A DNA stretch of 64,000 bases from Cirrosporium novae-zelandiae (lineage: Eukaryota), in the NCBI GenBank assembly GCA_026023565.1, contig JAPETS010000001.1:992001-1056000 (forward strand), in the 5' to 3' direction. Shown piece by piece: positions 25,779 to 39,001 of the stretch. Position numbers and translations under genes: made by a program. Every line of letters begins with the position of its first letter. Within the stretch, counting starts at the first letter, position 1. The notes under the pieces were generated by a model that worked only from the letters and a program-made list of their open reading frames with translations, searched no databases and was not told the origin of the DNA.

Positions 25779-28157
25779 AGACGATACTATGCTTGGTTTT
25801 GAGAAGCTGTCTGTGTACTTATATTCCTGGATTCTGGCATAGTACCTGGACGTCCTCAGCTTTAATTGTTGCCAATGACAGCCACTCTCACTACGTTTGC
25901 TTTCTGGCTAATGGTCAATCTCTACACATACGGTCGGCCATTTCTTGCTTGACGATTTTATTTCTATCAACATGTTTTCGTTTTTTTTTTCCGGCTCTTA
26001 TCGCTTTCGGGGAGGGGATCGATAGCGCACGAGCATATATGGCACAGCAAATTCTGGGAAATTCATCAACATATCATGACGGCGTTTAGCGATGATATCC
26101 TTGTGACGGAACGGCTACTACGAGCAAGCACGCATTCTTCGGGCCTTCTCTTGGTTTTGGATATGAATTCTTTCTCTACTTTTTATCCTTTTTTATTTTT
26201 TTGATCTTTTATATACTACTTGCAAGAAAAGTAGGATTTCGTCGTGGGCATGGCATGCGGGAAGATCCTAGAGAGCTGGCCACCATCAAACAAGCCAGCC
26301 TGGCGGGGTGATAGTCGGGCATTTGATCGACATTATGAGTAATGGATGGGTATGATATGGCAAAGGCATGGCTTGGGTTTTGAGTACTTGGAGGCCTAAA
26401 GTGTGTTTGTGTGTATTGGGTGGTGTGAATTTTTTTTCTTCTTTTTGATTTTGATTTTTGGAGAATGATGATAGCTGCTGCTATTATTGCTTCTGGTGGT
26501 CGAAAGCAACTTAGATTTATGGTTATGAATGGGCATGGGCCGTACACCTTTGTATCTATCCACCTCCTGGGAGATTATTCGTTTTTTCTTGCTTTGCTTT
26601 GCTATGATTGATAGACCAAAGCCCAAAAATATAAATTCTTATCAATATTTTTCTTCTTCTTAGGTTTCGAACTCGACGTAATAAGAATATTTAATAATAA
26701 GGGGTAGTAAAAAAAAAGGGGGGAGGTGTCAGAAGGGCAAGACAACAATTCTTAATTACCCTAACTAGGTACTTAACTAATAAGCCAAAAAGGAACGTGG
26801 GATAATTAAATATCCGCCACTTACTTGTTACTTACTTGAGCGGATACAAGTACCCAGTGTTAGGATATAGATATAAATATAACCTGATAACCTAATTAAC
26901 TACACTGTTAACAATAAACAATAAGAGGCACTGACCGTGTGTGTTTACTTTCTATGTATGTATGTGTATATGTAAATAAGGTAGATGATGTAAATGATTC
27001 ACCATCCATCCATACGGTCCATACGTCATGTCGTCATGTCATGTCTTGTCTTCATGCCCGTCCGTGTCGCACATATATACATACATATCCTAAAACAGGT
27101 ACATGTGGGACATGTATGTGGATACAGCTGTAGTCATCCCATGTTTACTTTCCACCTTCTAAAAATAGATTCATGTATTGCACAGGTAATAGTAATAGAT
27201 AAATATACATATACATATATACATTTGTGTCACCGCCACTGATTAATTCATGTTATCCATCCGTCGGGAGAAACCCCCTTTTATTTGTTTATTTATTTAT
27301 TTAGCCCTTTACTTTAAGCAAAATCAAAAAATAAAAGCGAAAAGGGCTATTAGTTTTATATTTGTTTTATTTAAACTAGGCGTGGGTACCTGGGTGTCTG
27401 GTTTTTTTTTTTGATGGAATAGTTGGCCTCCTATGGTCCATGTGTAGCTTTATTAGATTGGCTTTTTGGATTTGACATGTGCCTTTTAATAAAGTTATTG
27501 GGATCCATGGATGGGATGGATGAGATGGATGGATGCTTCAAGGGGAAAGAAGGGGCCAGCTGAATAAATAAATGATATGATGCATTAATTATCCCTATCC
27601 ACTTACTAACAATGAAGGCAACTCTCCACTTTTGTCCACAGTATCTAGGTATATACCTAGCCTACCTACCTGGTCTACATAAACGAATGCCCAAGTACAC
27701 TTCTCTCATCTCGAATACTCTCATTTCAAATAATAATTCAAGGGGGAATGAATATTTCCCCCTCTATTCAAGTAAATAAGTAACTATCTTCAATCTCCCC
27801 TCCTCTCTGGATAGCAGGGTGCTGGGGTAGTTAAGAAGATGATTCATAATCTAGGGCTTGGCACATGCTATTTGAATTACCAGCTCTTCGTTAGTATTAG
27901 TTGCCCCAACAGCTTACCAAGAGAAATTTGTTAATCTTTATTTCTGTAATACTTAACTACCTAGATCCCCTTTCCCATCATAACTCCACCTAATTTATCA
28001 ACGACAGTATGCCCCCTTTCCAGATTAGCTGAATGCCAAGGCCGAAAAATACCAACCCAAATCTGTTTTTCCATGATAGCCACATGACGACACAAACCAG
28101 TAAATCCCAAAACGTAGTATCAAGGGAAATTGATGCTAAGAACGAAATAACTGTTAC

Positions 28158-30100
28158 TTACGTCTCGAATGCGGATTGTATCGCTTCTTCTAAACCTTCC
28201 GTATCAGGAGTGCCATCCGCATCCACGTCCGTATCTGCATCAACCATTTCTTTCCTCTGTTCGCCTTCCTTCAAGGGTTCTGTCTGTAATTCGAGACCCG
28301 AGTTTTCTTTCTCGTTATTGTTGAGTTGTGCATCAAGCATTTCCTGTTCTTTCCGATCTGCTTCTGAATCAAGCTTCTCTTCCTCCCCTTTGTCCACCCC
28401 ACCTTCTGCACCAGGCATCTCTTTTTCGTTTTGAGCCTCCTTTCTATGTTCCCGCCAATCTCTGAATCGCTGAGAAATTATGTCCCCAGGTCCAGTTGGC
28501 TCGACTTTGAAGACTTCAATGATTGGGTGTTTTTCACGTTTTCGTATTCGATAGACACCCTCGTCTATGACAATGCCTTTAAGCCCTATTATTCACGTGT
28601 AGATTATTAGCAACCTACACCAAGAATGTTACGCATCAAGGCGGTTTGTGGGAGAATATGCCTCCCCTACACCCTCCATCCCGGAAACTTACAGTCGAGA
28701 AAAGTTGACGTGAAATTTATACAAACGTTTCCATCCCAGCTGCTTGTCCCATCTCGCTTTACGTGTCCTGGAATTTTTGCTGTATCCATCTCCTCTATCC
28801 GTCTTAGCCACCCCATTTGGTCACGGTATCCAACAACAATCTTCGGAACTCCGAGGAGGAATGATTGGATCCAGAATTTTAAAAGTTTGCGTTCATGTTT
28901 TAATAATGATGGGGGGGAGAATGGAAGTGGTTCTTGCGTTGTTTTTAATTCGACCCAGTTTATAGGATCATTTGGATCATGGGGGCGGGCATCCCAGACT
29001 ATAATCTGAGTAAGTGGATGAGGTAACAAAAAAAGAGCAGCTTCTTAGTCCTTTAGGGCCGAAACATACTTGCATCAACCTCTCCCCCAATAACTAATTT
29101 ACACCTCCCTATTCCAGTTCGGACCACTGAACAATATTGGACATAATTCCCTACTATATGTTTCTCCCGGCTTTCAATAAATTCTCGTGATATCTGGTCC
29201 CAAGGTTGAGGGAGGAGGGACAGTGTCTCAAACTTATAGCCTAGTCATATACTTAGCATGTTCTAACCGGAATTTCGGTGGAGACTGATATGGAGCTTAC
29301 CCCAGAAACTCATAAGTTCTTGAGAAGGAAGCCCTGGTCGAGGCCGCTGGGAATTCTGTGCACGTTTTTGCTCAAGCTTGTAGGCATGGTTCTCCTCTAT
29401 GAATCTGCCGGGGCTGGTCAATCTTTGGCGAACGTGTGCGATTGAGAAGCCTGCAACTAGTATATGCTTACATCGTTCCCTTGGTAGCAGCAACAAGTCA
29501 GCGAGTGATTCATGAAGGACTGGCTGCCGGTTTCTTAGGGGCTCCCACTTGGTAAAGAGTGGCATTCATCTCGAAGCTGCTCCTGTTAGCAAAGAAATAA
29601 TTAGGATCGCATAGAAGTGCTGAAACGTACCCATTGAAGTTGTCAAACGGTGTTGCCATGATCTAGTTTTGGACAAATTCAGTGTTCGACCTAGCAAGCT
29701 ATTTCACGACATATCACCTTCGTCATCATTCCCCTCCAAGTGATAATATCAGCCTCGCATAGCTGTCCAGTCTTTTTTTCCAAATCTATAATTGTATCCA
29801 GCAAACTCTCTAGATGGTCATCGGCTGTATCATCGAGTTGCTGAAATGTTTCGAAGCCACGGGATAGATCAACAGGCACGCGGGGAGGATAGTACCAGCG
29901 CATCGAGGAGTCATCAAGTCGAAAATTATGCGCGGCATCGTAAGAGAAGCACGCGATTTCCTTTAGATGGTTGGTGAGCAGTATTTCAAAAAATCAATTG
30001 TAAATGTAAATGGTGGAAGTAGGTGACCTACTCGTGGTCTACGAATGGCACGCGAAGTGCCGGCGAACCTGCTAATTGGGTGGGCTTCGAATCGCTGCAT
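28158..30100 (-). CDS. RAI1: Decapping nuclease Rai1/DXO
   Basis: Multi-exon: MQRFEAHPISRF...EIACFSYD, ITWRGMMTKI, FIEEN, MSFWGYKFETL, GGEVDAIWD, WVELKT, KLLKFWIQSFLLGVPKIVVGYRD. Acidic C-terminal tail. Confidence 0.95.
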
Positions 30101-30388
30101 CTCCTTGTAATTGGTGCATCACTGTAATACTGTTGTTAGATTCTGGCGCTGCTCAAAAACCGTCATGTCTTTCAGATTGATGAATGAATTTACTGGGATT
30201 GCTAAGAGAAGGCGCGGAGGGGTCTAGAGCTTCTCCTCCGACGCGCTTTTCAGGAAAGAACCTCCGTGCGGGTCTGACAGCTACCCAGTTGCTTGGAGAA
30301 AGTAAACAACCTTGACATTGGACCATCCACATTGCATCTACTACATCCATTTATTCAAGCGCAATTATTCCAAGTATAGTACTATACA

Positions 30389-30924
30389 ATGAATACCCGC
30401 TCAGGATCTACGCGCTCCACAAATCCCACAAGCCGCAATCTCTTCCGCCATCACCTTAGTCGCCGCCCCGCCAGTGCAAACTCTACAACTACATCAGCTT
30501 CCACTCTTCAACAGTCACCAGAGGATAATTCAAATGAGATTGCAGATCGAGACAGAAATGGAAATTACACAGTGGAGGTTCCGGAAATTCCAGTAACCGG
30601 AGAAGATGAACAGTTACAACAGAATGAGGCAGAGAACGAGAAAGAAAGTAAGCGCAAATCTTATGTGACTGCACTAAGTTTGTGTGCTATTTGAAGCTAA
30701 TCATATTGAGCAGAGCTTGAGGCAAAGCTTGTAGAATTATATCGGAATAGGGCGAGGCAACTTAGCGAACCAGCTGGTCAGTCGCCTTCCCTTGTGTATA
30801 CATCCACGGGATCTGATTATCCACAGAACTTCTAGATGCCATCCAAATAAGTCTGAAAAACAAAGTTGAATCCCTGGAACAGGACAGATGGATGTTTGAA
30901 GCCGAGAATGATCCTCCTATTTAA
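30389..30924 (+). CDS. Small conserved-looking protein, possible APC/C small subunit (Apc14/Apc9/APC16-like)
   Basis: Exons 30389-30647, 30714-30776 and 30827-30924 splice in frame; C-terminus ELLDAIQISLKNKVESLEQDRWMFEAENDPPI*. The gene model is well supported; the function is tentative. Confidence 0.65.
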
Positions 30925-31067
30925 CATGATCTTTGATATTCCGCCCGGGTTGTTGTGCTTTGGTATGCTTCTAGGGACTTCATGTAATGTCTTGGATGCC
31001 CTCTACATTTCAACCATATACGGACCATCGATTTTTCACACAAGGATAAGGGGATTTGTACACCAAC

Positions 31068-32322
31068 TTAATCCAGGTCCATTGGGGGGGGAGGAGCAGG
31101 AGGGGCTACTTGTTTCGGCTTTGGCTGAGGTTTCGACCCACCGCCGAATAGCATGCTCCCCATCATGTCCATCAGTGGATTCCCTTGTCGCGGGATCTTG
31201 ACCCCAAAATACAACTCCCCAATATTTGCGAGCGCATCATCCCAAACACCAACCTCTTTAATATAGGGTGCATAATGTTTCGCCAATTGCTTAAACACAT
31301 CCGCGCTTTGCCTTTGGATCGCCAATAACAGAAGTCCGATGAAATTTAAAAGGGGTAAGGATGGATATACGCGCATGTCGGAACTGGTGGTGCTGACTTC
31401 TTGGACACTTAGAGAGGGATTCGAAGAGACGAGTTGGCTGGTAAAGATGAGAAAGGATTTATTGGCTGAATGTAGATTTCCGACTAGGAGATAGGGGAAG
31501 ACCACACGAGCGAGGTAAAGAGCTGCAGTGTGGGAATCATCGTCTTTATACCACTCATATTCGAGGCGGGAAAAGACCTCGGGAGAATCTTTAGTTCCTA
31601 GAGCGAGATGCCTTTCTGCGTCGTATGGGTCGTGATCTATTACTCAAAAATTAGTTATACTCTTCATGTTACCCCGAAGAGCAAAATGCGTGTTGGTTTG
31701 TTTACCTTCAGCAAACAATGTCCCAGCAACATGGTGTAACTCTGGATCTCCAGATTCAAATTCCCCAAACTTGCCAGACCAAGCTACCATCTCATTTATA
31801 AATCGCTTTCTGGTCGGTTCACCCGGCGGGAATGCTCTCACTAGCGTTAACAATCTACCTGTATTTTGAGAGAGCATACTGTCAGCGTTGTTATAAAAAT
31901 GGCTTTTCGGCCTTAGCCAGGACTTGTGTTTGAGAATGTCCATACCTTTACTCGTAGCGTCACTTTTTACCTCCCCCTTCCGGTAGACGTCCATCAAGAA
32001 CAGACACAAGTCCCCACCGCTCCCACCCTGTCCAGCTTTCATGAGAGATATTGCGCCGCCAGTCAAAATCTCAATTGCGGCATTCCAATTCTCTTGTTTG
32101 ACGAAGCGGGAGGCAATGACACGGAGTTGTTGGTGTGCTTCATAATACTGGCCTTCAGCGATTCTAGATTGACAGCTCTGTTAGTACTATATCCCCATAA
32201 TTGCATTCTCTTTTGCGCGCGTAAATGTAGCGTCTTGTAACTGCACGTTGAGCTGGGTGACGGGGGATATCGACATACTTCTCTTGCTGACGAGCGATCG
32301 TCTTTTGAATCTTGTGCGCCAT
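31068..32322 (-). CDS. GET4: GET pathway factor Get4 (DUF410)
   Basis: MAHKIQKTIARQQEKIAEGQYYEAHQQLRVIASRFVKQ...GGSGGDL...GDPELHHVAG...PLLNF...IGELYFG. Multi-exon. Confidence 0.95.
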
Positions 32323-33036
32323 GCTAATGAAAGAGTATGCACCTCCTAGATAGTTAGGAAGTTGATAATATAACCTGGAGTGTTGTGAAGGTCTGAAAGT
32401 GAATAATATGGTTACCTTTTGTAGGAACCGTTTCTGGGGTCGTGTTCCTGAGGCAGTGACGTTGGTGGGGTCAAACTAGGCCATTCTCAGTCCATATCCA
32501 AATTCCCTCTTGCTAAGAAGTATTTCATAAAAGTAATGCTTTATTACAACATGAATATTTAGGGGAAACATATTCAAGCTACCCTATAAAATTAATATAT
32601 GAAAGGCAATATTTGGTTAAACCTTCCCATTCTTTTGGAATCGGAATAGAGCAAGATATACACTACATTGTAACATCAGATACATAGCACTATGATGTTC
32701 GTACTCATTTAACCATTATGGGTTTAGAAACTGTAAAGTCCATAATTGATACCTAGAAGCCCGCTAAAATTGGTATCTTAATAGCTGATGCAAATGCCCC
32801 TTGCACTTGCAGCAGCTGATAGTATTATCATGCCCGTAGATTTTAACGCCATGAAATACCATATAATCAGCCCCCATAACCGTGACTACCTTTGAAGAGC
32901 TCATATTTTCTCTGTCCGACGCCAATAGTTCGTAACTAGCCAGAAAACCCCCATTTGCTCCTACGCTACAATCTCGGATATGTGTGAAACCAAATAGCCG
33001 AACAGCAATTCTTGCTGCGCTCTGTTATCCATTTTA

Positions 33037-34981
33037 TTAGCTATTGAATCCTCGATACGAAGAGTCTAATTGATTGGGAGGCTGTCTTGGGATTTGGAGT
33101 CGATGAGAGGGGTTTGAAGGGAGTTCTCGCGTTGGAATAGAATAGTTAATGATAGAGGACTGGATATAGGGTCTTTTTATAGCCCGTGGTGGGTCTTCCT
33201 CATCGTCGCTGAGGGTTAGGTCTATTATTTGGCTGGCTGGTCGTTTTCCGTTAATTGATCGAGATGCAGAAGATATTGACTGCTCTCGCGATGAGTATGG
33301 TGGTGTTCTAACGAGTGGCGATGTACTAGGTGTCCATTCGTTCTTGAGAGTATTAACTCTAACGTCTTGGATCTCGACCAGGTCATCATCCGAACCATCA
33401 TTTGGACTGGGCCGAGGAGTACTTTCAGTCTTCACTCCCTGTGACCAGCGACCATTTGGTTCTATCGTCACCTGTTCTGTTGAAGGTGATGTGTTCTCGA
33501 GGATTTCGTCGACATATTGATCAATATGCAGAGTTTGAAAAGGTGCGGTTTTGTTGCACAATGGGCACAGCCACGTAGGAGCCTGTTCCTGTAACTGCAG
33601 ATACGAGACTGCGTCAAAACATTGAGGATGATGACAAACTATTGACCGACAAGGTACATTGATCCTTGAGGCAGAGAGGGGACATTTAAGAGACATGACT
33701 GTAGATGTGGTCTCGATATCGGCATCGCGACTTTTGGCAATCACTGCTGGAGGGTCAGTCTCCATTACATAGAGTAATGATAGATAGTTGCATACTCTCA
33801 CGTAAAACTTGTTCTTTGGGGATGCTTTTGCCTGATTTGAGTTTATCGACGAGCTCTTCGACCGGATGAAGCTGAACGAGGTTCACGAGAAGAAAGAATC
33901 TCTACTCCAAATCAGCATAGTTGAAGGGACCGGACGGGTACGAAACAGAACCTTGATGGGTGCATGTGGATGCTCCAAATGCATCAGCATCAGCCTGTTT
34001 GTCCCATTAATGGCTGAAGAATTTAAGACTTACCTTTTGGGTTAATGCATATGTCAGCAGAACTGTATTCTCATATCCAGCCTTTTTTCGGATGTAATTC
34101 GTTATATCAGCAGGCCTAGTAGAACCCGGCTTATTCTTGAGCCCTCGTAAATTTGCCTTCACTTCATCCATGTTAACTCTCAGTTCTACCTGCTGCGGAA
34201 ATGTAACATCAAATTTCCCATAGGCATCAACGGAGCCATCTGCGGCGCAGTATACCATAGCCCTCATATTTAAATTTGGATTGCTAAGCTGGTTGGCAGC
34301 ACTTTGTGTCAGAGTGATTTTCAACTCCGCACTGTCCCTCGTAGATTCTCTAACTGGTTCGAGGTTCAGCAGAGGCCGTAGAAAACTAAGGATTCGCCCT
34401 TACCCTTGCATTCGGCAACGGTGCTGAGGGGTTGTAAGATAGTATGAAACGGACTGTCCTTAAACGCCAATTTTCCTAACCTAAGATTAGCAGGCCGTCG
34501 TCGCAATGAAATATTTATATCATCTCATAATACCATGTGGGTAATTTTGGGTTGTTCTTGATGAGGTTGTTGTTGAGTAATTCGGTCCACCCCCCATAGT
34601 GAAGGTTTGAGTGTAATTATTGGAATAGGATGACGGTGCAAAGGTTGTGGGTGGTAGATGACCGTTTGAGGCAGGATCAGGGGTTCCTCTAGGATAATAT
34701 ACTGCTGTCTTCAGACGATTAAAAGCTTCGACGTTGCCTACTCGTGCATATTCTTCGATGACTATAAAATGAAGGCGTCTTCGAGGTTAGTAATCCCTCC
34801 TTCATATATATCCTGGGGCGAGGTATATACGTTTTATCACCCGTTGTTGCAGAACTGCTTTAGCACCAGAGACTGCTTGGCTTTCCTTCCTTAAGACATT
34901 CTTTAGGTCGTTGTTTACCAATGTCTTGACCTTCCCAACCAGGGTTGTAGCATCAATAGGTTGGCCGATGGACGCCATCAT
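33037..34981 (-). CDS. SIZ1: SUMO E3 ligase Siz/PIAS (SAP, PINIT, SP-RING)
   Basis: SAP-like N-terminus (LKNVLRKESQAVSGAKAVLQQR), PINIT region (FPQQVELRVN...RGLKNKPGSTRPADIT), SP-RING (SLKCPLS...PCRSIVCHHPQCFDA...WLCPLC) and SIM-like IIDLTLSDDEE. Start 34981 or 34978. Confidence 0.95.
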
Positions 34982-35384
34982 GGGCGTGTTAAAGTAGAGA
35001 TTTCAGCACAATGTCATAGAAACAAACCAAGAGTCTAGAAGAAAAATGTGAGGCATAGAATTGATGTTAAACATGAAGTCTAATAAGGAAGTGAGGTGGT
35101 TAGAATATTTGATGTTGGATCATCTAGTAAGACAGCCAGGTTCTTGCACAAGTGAAGACAGCGTCATTGCCGAAAACACAATGAGGCTTTCGCCAAAATT
35201 TCAAATGCTGGAACAAATCTTTATCCTTTTCGCTTCCAACCCGACATCAAACTCCGACGTTCGAGAATTTACTACCAACATTTTTTTCTTATCATCGCAA
35301 AAATCTATCGCTCTTTACTGGAATTGTCTCCGCCGGCTACCCTGCAAATCGCAAAAAGGAAAAAAGAAAAATTAACCGTCTATC

Positions 35385-35811
35385 ATGGCTAAAGGTTTAA
35401 GATCAAGTGTTAAGAAATTTAACAAATCAAAATTACGTTCGAATATCTTTGGGCCTGTTGAGGATGCTCGAACTGAACGATTATCTGCAAAACTTCTTGA
35501 ATTGGCGTCTCTGCCAAAGCCTGGAAAGGAAAATAAGATGGAAGTAGAGAAGACTACCTCAACACAACCAGAACAAAACGAAGGTACATTCACCATCGTA
35601 ATCTATATGCCTGCATACAATAGCCTCAACTGCTAATCTATTATTTCCTATAGTCATGGATGTTGACGATCAATCCAGCAAGAAATCTAAATTCAGTTCC
35701 AAGCGCAAATCAGGATGCACCTCCAGGCACAAGAGAGTGGGCAAACCACACTCAAAGATGGTATTTTCACATTACTCGAAATCAAGACGCTCTGGCTCTG
35801 GGAGGAAGTAG
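35385..35811 (+). CDS. DUF2423 family small basic protein (YBL028C-like)
   Basis: MAKGLRSSVKKFNKSKLRSNIFGPVEDARTERLSAKL. Intron 35584-35653; Lys/Arg-rich second exon ending TAG 35809-35811. Confidence 0.88.
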
Positions 35812-36334
35812 AGAAAGTGAGCTTCAATAAGATATTTTCAGTGTATGTGCTTGGCATATTGGCGTTTTTTCGGGTCTCTATTATTGCAAAGGAGACGGAC
35901 ATGAAATAATACTCAAAAGTTCGGCGAGTGTACTGTGGTGTCAGGTGAAATATTCCCTAACATCAACTTTAATCTTATGCTCAAGGCCTCTTCAAAAGGA
36001 GTGGAGCAAGAACTATACCAGGTATCGATTGGAAGTTACTTGGAACTGTTTAAATTCTGTATGGAGACCTCCTCAGTTTACTCGGAAATACTTCGCTCGA
36101 CACCGCGACACCGCAGTGGGATAGAAGCATGACCTTCTAATAGCGGGGAGCTTAGTACCCACTCAGGGAGATAGATTAGTGATGGAAAGTTTCTTAAGTT
36201 TCCAATTTCTCGGACAGGTAGCTTAGCCTCGATATGGGATCGATAAGAATGATTCTGTCAAGTTTTTTTTTAAAACACTATTTTATATTCCATATGCAAC
36301 CATCTCGTAACAGAAATTATAAATATCTCATGCA

Positions 36335-36872
36335 TCACCGCCCCTCCTTGGCCAGTGAATCTCTCATCCTCTCTTCCTGTTTTCTCCAGTGACTCCCCTC
36401 TTCATAATCCTTACTGATGCCCAAAGCCCGTCTTAACTTTTCAGTCTCCTCGATCTTCGCCTCCGCCTGCTCATGGACTTGCCATGGCTTCAGTCCTCTT
36501 GCGGGAGCCTTGGTACCGGTATCTAGCTCGGCGAGGAGTTTCTGCCTTAATGCGTCTGTCTGGGCCTCGATCTCATCTTCATCGATCCTATTTAGTACTC
36601 AGCGAGAATTCATAGAACACGTAGATCGGGTAAAGGACCTACCCTTCGTCCTCCAGTTTGTCCTGTAGATCCAGAACCTTCACTTCGACTTCTCTCTTGC
36701 GGTCATGATCAAGAATCTGCTGGTCGGGCTGTCTCTGGCGAAGCTTAGGGGCGTCGAAATCTTTGGAGTAGGATGCATATTGATCGCGAGGTTTTAGGTG
36801 TGAGAGATTGCGCTGTACATATCCAGAGGTTCCCGAACCTCGAGGTGTGGTGAGGCCGACGTTTTCGGACAT
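36335..36872 (-). CDS. CWC21: Pre-mRNA splicing factor Cwc21
   Basis: MSENVGLTTPRGSGTSGYVQRNLS...ILDHDRKREVEVKV. Intron 36642-36588; exon 2 contains LKPWQVHE...ALGISKDYEEGSHW. Confidence 0.95.
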
Positions 36873-37208
36873 TGTTGGGTAATGGATAATAGGTAATGTT
36901 AGATGGTGGATGGGTGGATTTTGATGATTCGTTTAGACGGACAGGCAGAAGGGTTAGCGTCCGATTGCACCGTGGCCGTTCGCAGTGACGAGGACAAGAA
37001 TTGGCCAAAGCTTTTATGGTTCCAGTACCACAGTTACGATAAGATAACGGAGGAACCCACGGACCCTAGCCTATTGCGGGTAAGGCTTAGCGTTCCATTT
37101 CATTACCTCCAGCATCATCATTCATTTTTCCTCGCTATTCAGTAGAAAATCCAAATAGACTACAGACTTTATATTGGGCTTTACACCCAAGCAGAAAGAC
37201 TACTCAAT

Positions 37209-38532
37209 ATGCCGATATTCGACTCAGATACCACTTCATCCCCTCTAGCACAACCTTTGACTTCACTTCCATTTCCCCCCGTCACAAAATCACATATACT
37301 ACATTGCTCGTACCACTATTGGTATTCTCTGTGCGCGCCTTAATTCAAACCTCCCAATATCACCAAGTAATCCCTAATTCTAACATCCCGACAGTTACCG
37401 TTCCATAAGCTCCAAAGCGCGCCTAATTCCCCTCACCCAACCCTTCCTCGATTACCTCCTCGCCGACGGCATCGTCCTGCCCCCAGACGAGCCCTCGGCC
37501 TCGCATCGCGACGACATAACAGACGACAGCTTCAGCGATACGTCCTCGCAAACATCTACTACCCGGGAGGACAGCGACCCTTCCGAAGAATGGCGCGACA
37601 TCCACTTAGCAATCGAAAGCACGATCCGCAGCCTCGGAGGCAAAGTGGTCCCGAAGCTGAACTGGAGCGCCCCGAAGGACGCAACATGGATAAATGCGAC
37701 CAACAGCATGGACTGCTGCTGCGCTAACGATGTCTATCTATTACTGAAAAGTAGCGATTTCATCACGCACGACCTAGAGCAAGCCTTTTTGAACTGTGTG
37801 GACGACCCCGACACCAACACCAACACCGACGCCAACCCCCTCCCCCCCTCCTCCAAGACAGAAAACCCACCCACATCCCCAATCCCCTACACTCTAATCC
37901 TACGCAAACACTTCCTCATAAACCCATCCCTAGAATTCCGCTGCTTCGTCCGATCCCGCACCCTCCACTGCCTCTGCCAACGGGATCCCAACCACTACTC
38001 CTTCCTCCCCCCCTTACTCCCCACTCTCCTCCCCCTAATCCAAAACTTCTTCACCCAAAACCTCAAAGACACTTTTCCGGATGAGAACTTTGTTTTTGAT
38101 TGCTATGTTCCCGCGCCCCAGCAGCATAGGCGGGTATGGCTTATTGATATTAATCCATGGGCGGAGAGGACGGATCCGTTGCTTTTTAGCTGGTTGGAAA
38201 TTCTTACGGGGGAGGGGGGGGTTGGGCGGGGATATGGACATGAACATGAACATGGTACTACTAATGATGATAATAATGATGATGCGGAGGAGGAGGCGGA
38301 TGAATACCTCACCACCCCCAACAATCCCGAATTCAGACTCGTAAACTGCGATGACCCCGAAGCCTATAACTTCAGCAGTCCACAATACGGCGCACACAAG
38401 TTGCCAAAGGAGGTTGTTGATGCGGCTGCTGGGATGGGGACTGGAGGTGGGGGTGGGGGGTTGCAAGAGTTTTTGGGGAATTGGAAGGATGTTTTGGAGA
38501 GGGGGGGGGAAGATGAGGAGGGTGAGGATTAG
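37209..38532 (+). CDS. CDC123: Cdc123/D123 eIF2 assembly factor
   Basis: Exon 1 37209-37330 ([17 protein letters not shown]), intron to 37394, then [13 protein letters not shown]...[14 protein letters not shown]...[13 protein letters not shown]...EFRCFV...LIDINPW...TDPLLFSW. Confidence 0.96.
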
Positions 38533-38740
38533 GGGTGTGAGGGGAGGGGTAGGGATAAGGATAGGAATGGGAATGGGAATATGAATGAATAGGTGAGTGT
38601 TATGCAATATGCAATATGATGATAGAAAAGTCGAAAAAACATTCATACATGGGCAGCAGTAGTAAGTAGTAAAAATAAAAATATCTAGATACATACAAGC
38701 ACTAGCTAAAACACAAAATCGATTAAAACTCCTCCTCCTT

Positions 38741-38766
38741 TTCTTCTTCTTCTTCTTCTTCTTCTT
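38741..38766. repeat. (TTC)n microsatellite
   Basis: About 8 TTC units between the convergent CDC123 and MTO1 ends. Confidence 0.9.
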
Positions 38767-39001
38767 TCATGATTAGAGAGTCAAGAAAGAAAAGAAAAGA
38801 AAAGATGGTTTAGATAGATACGAAATCATGATACACATACAACACATGAATAGCTAGAACCTCCTAACCCATTCATCCTATCTCACGTTTTCACGCCTAT
38901 GAAAATCTAACACGACTACAAATACACATATAAGAATCATCCTTCCTCATCATACAAACCACCGATATTCAATTTCATCTTAACTCTTGAATTCATACAA
39001 A

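Noticed and set aside
26100..28030. AT-rich low-complexity interval as a possible transposon relic
   Set aside because: No terminal repeats, target-site duplications or transposase/RT remnants seen.
38035..38694. 219-aa ORF antisense to CDC123 (also antisense ORFs over MTO1, SAT4 and gatA)
   Set aside because: Shadow ORFs caused by codon bias and skewed composition.
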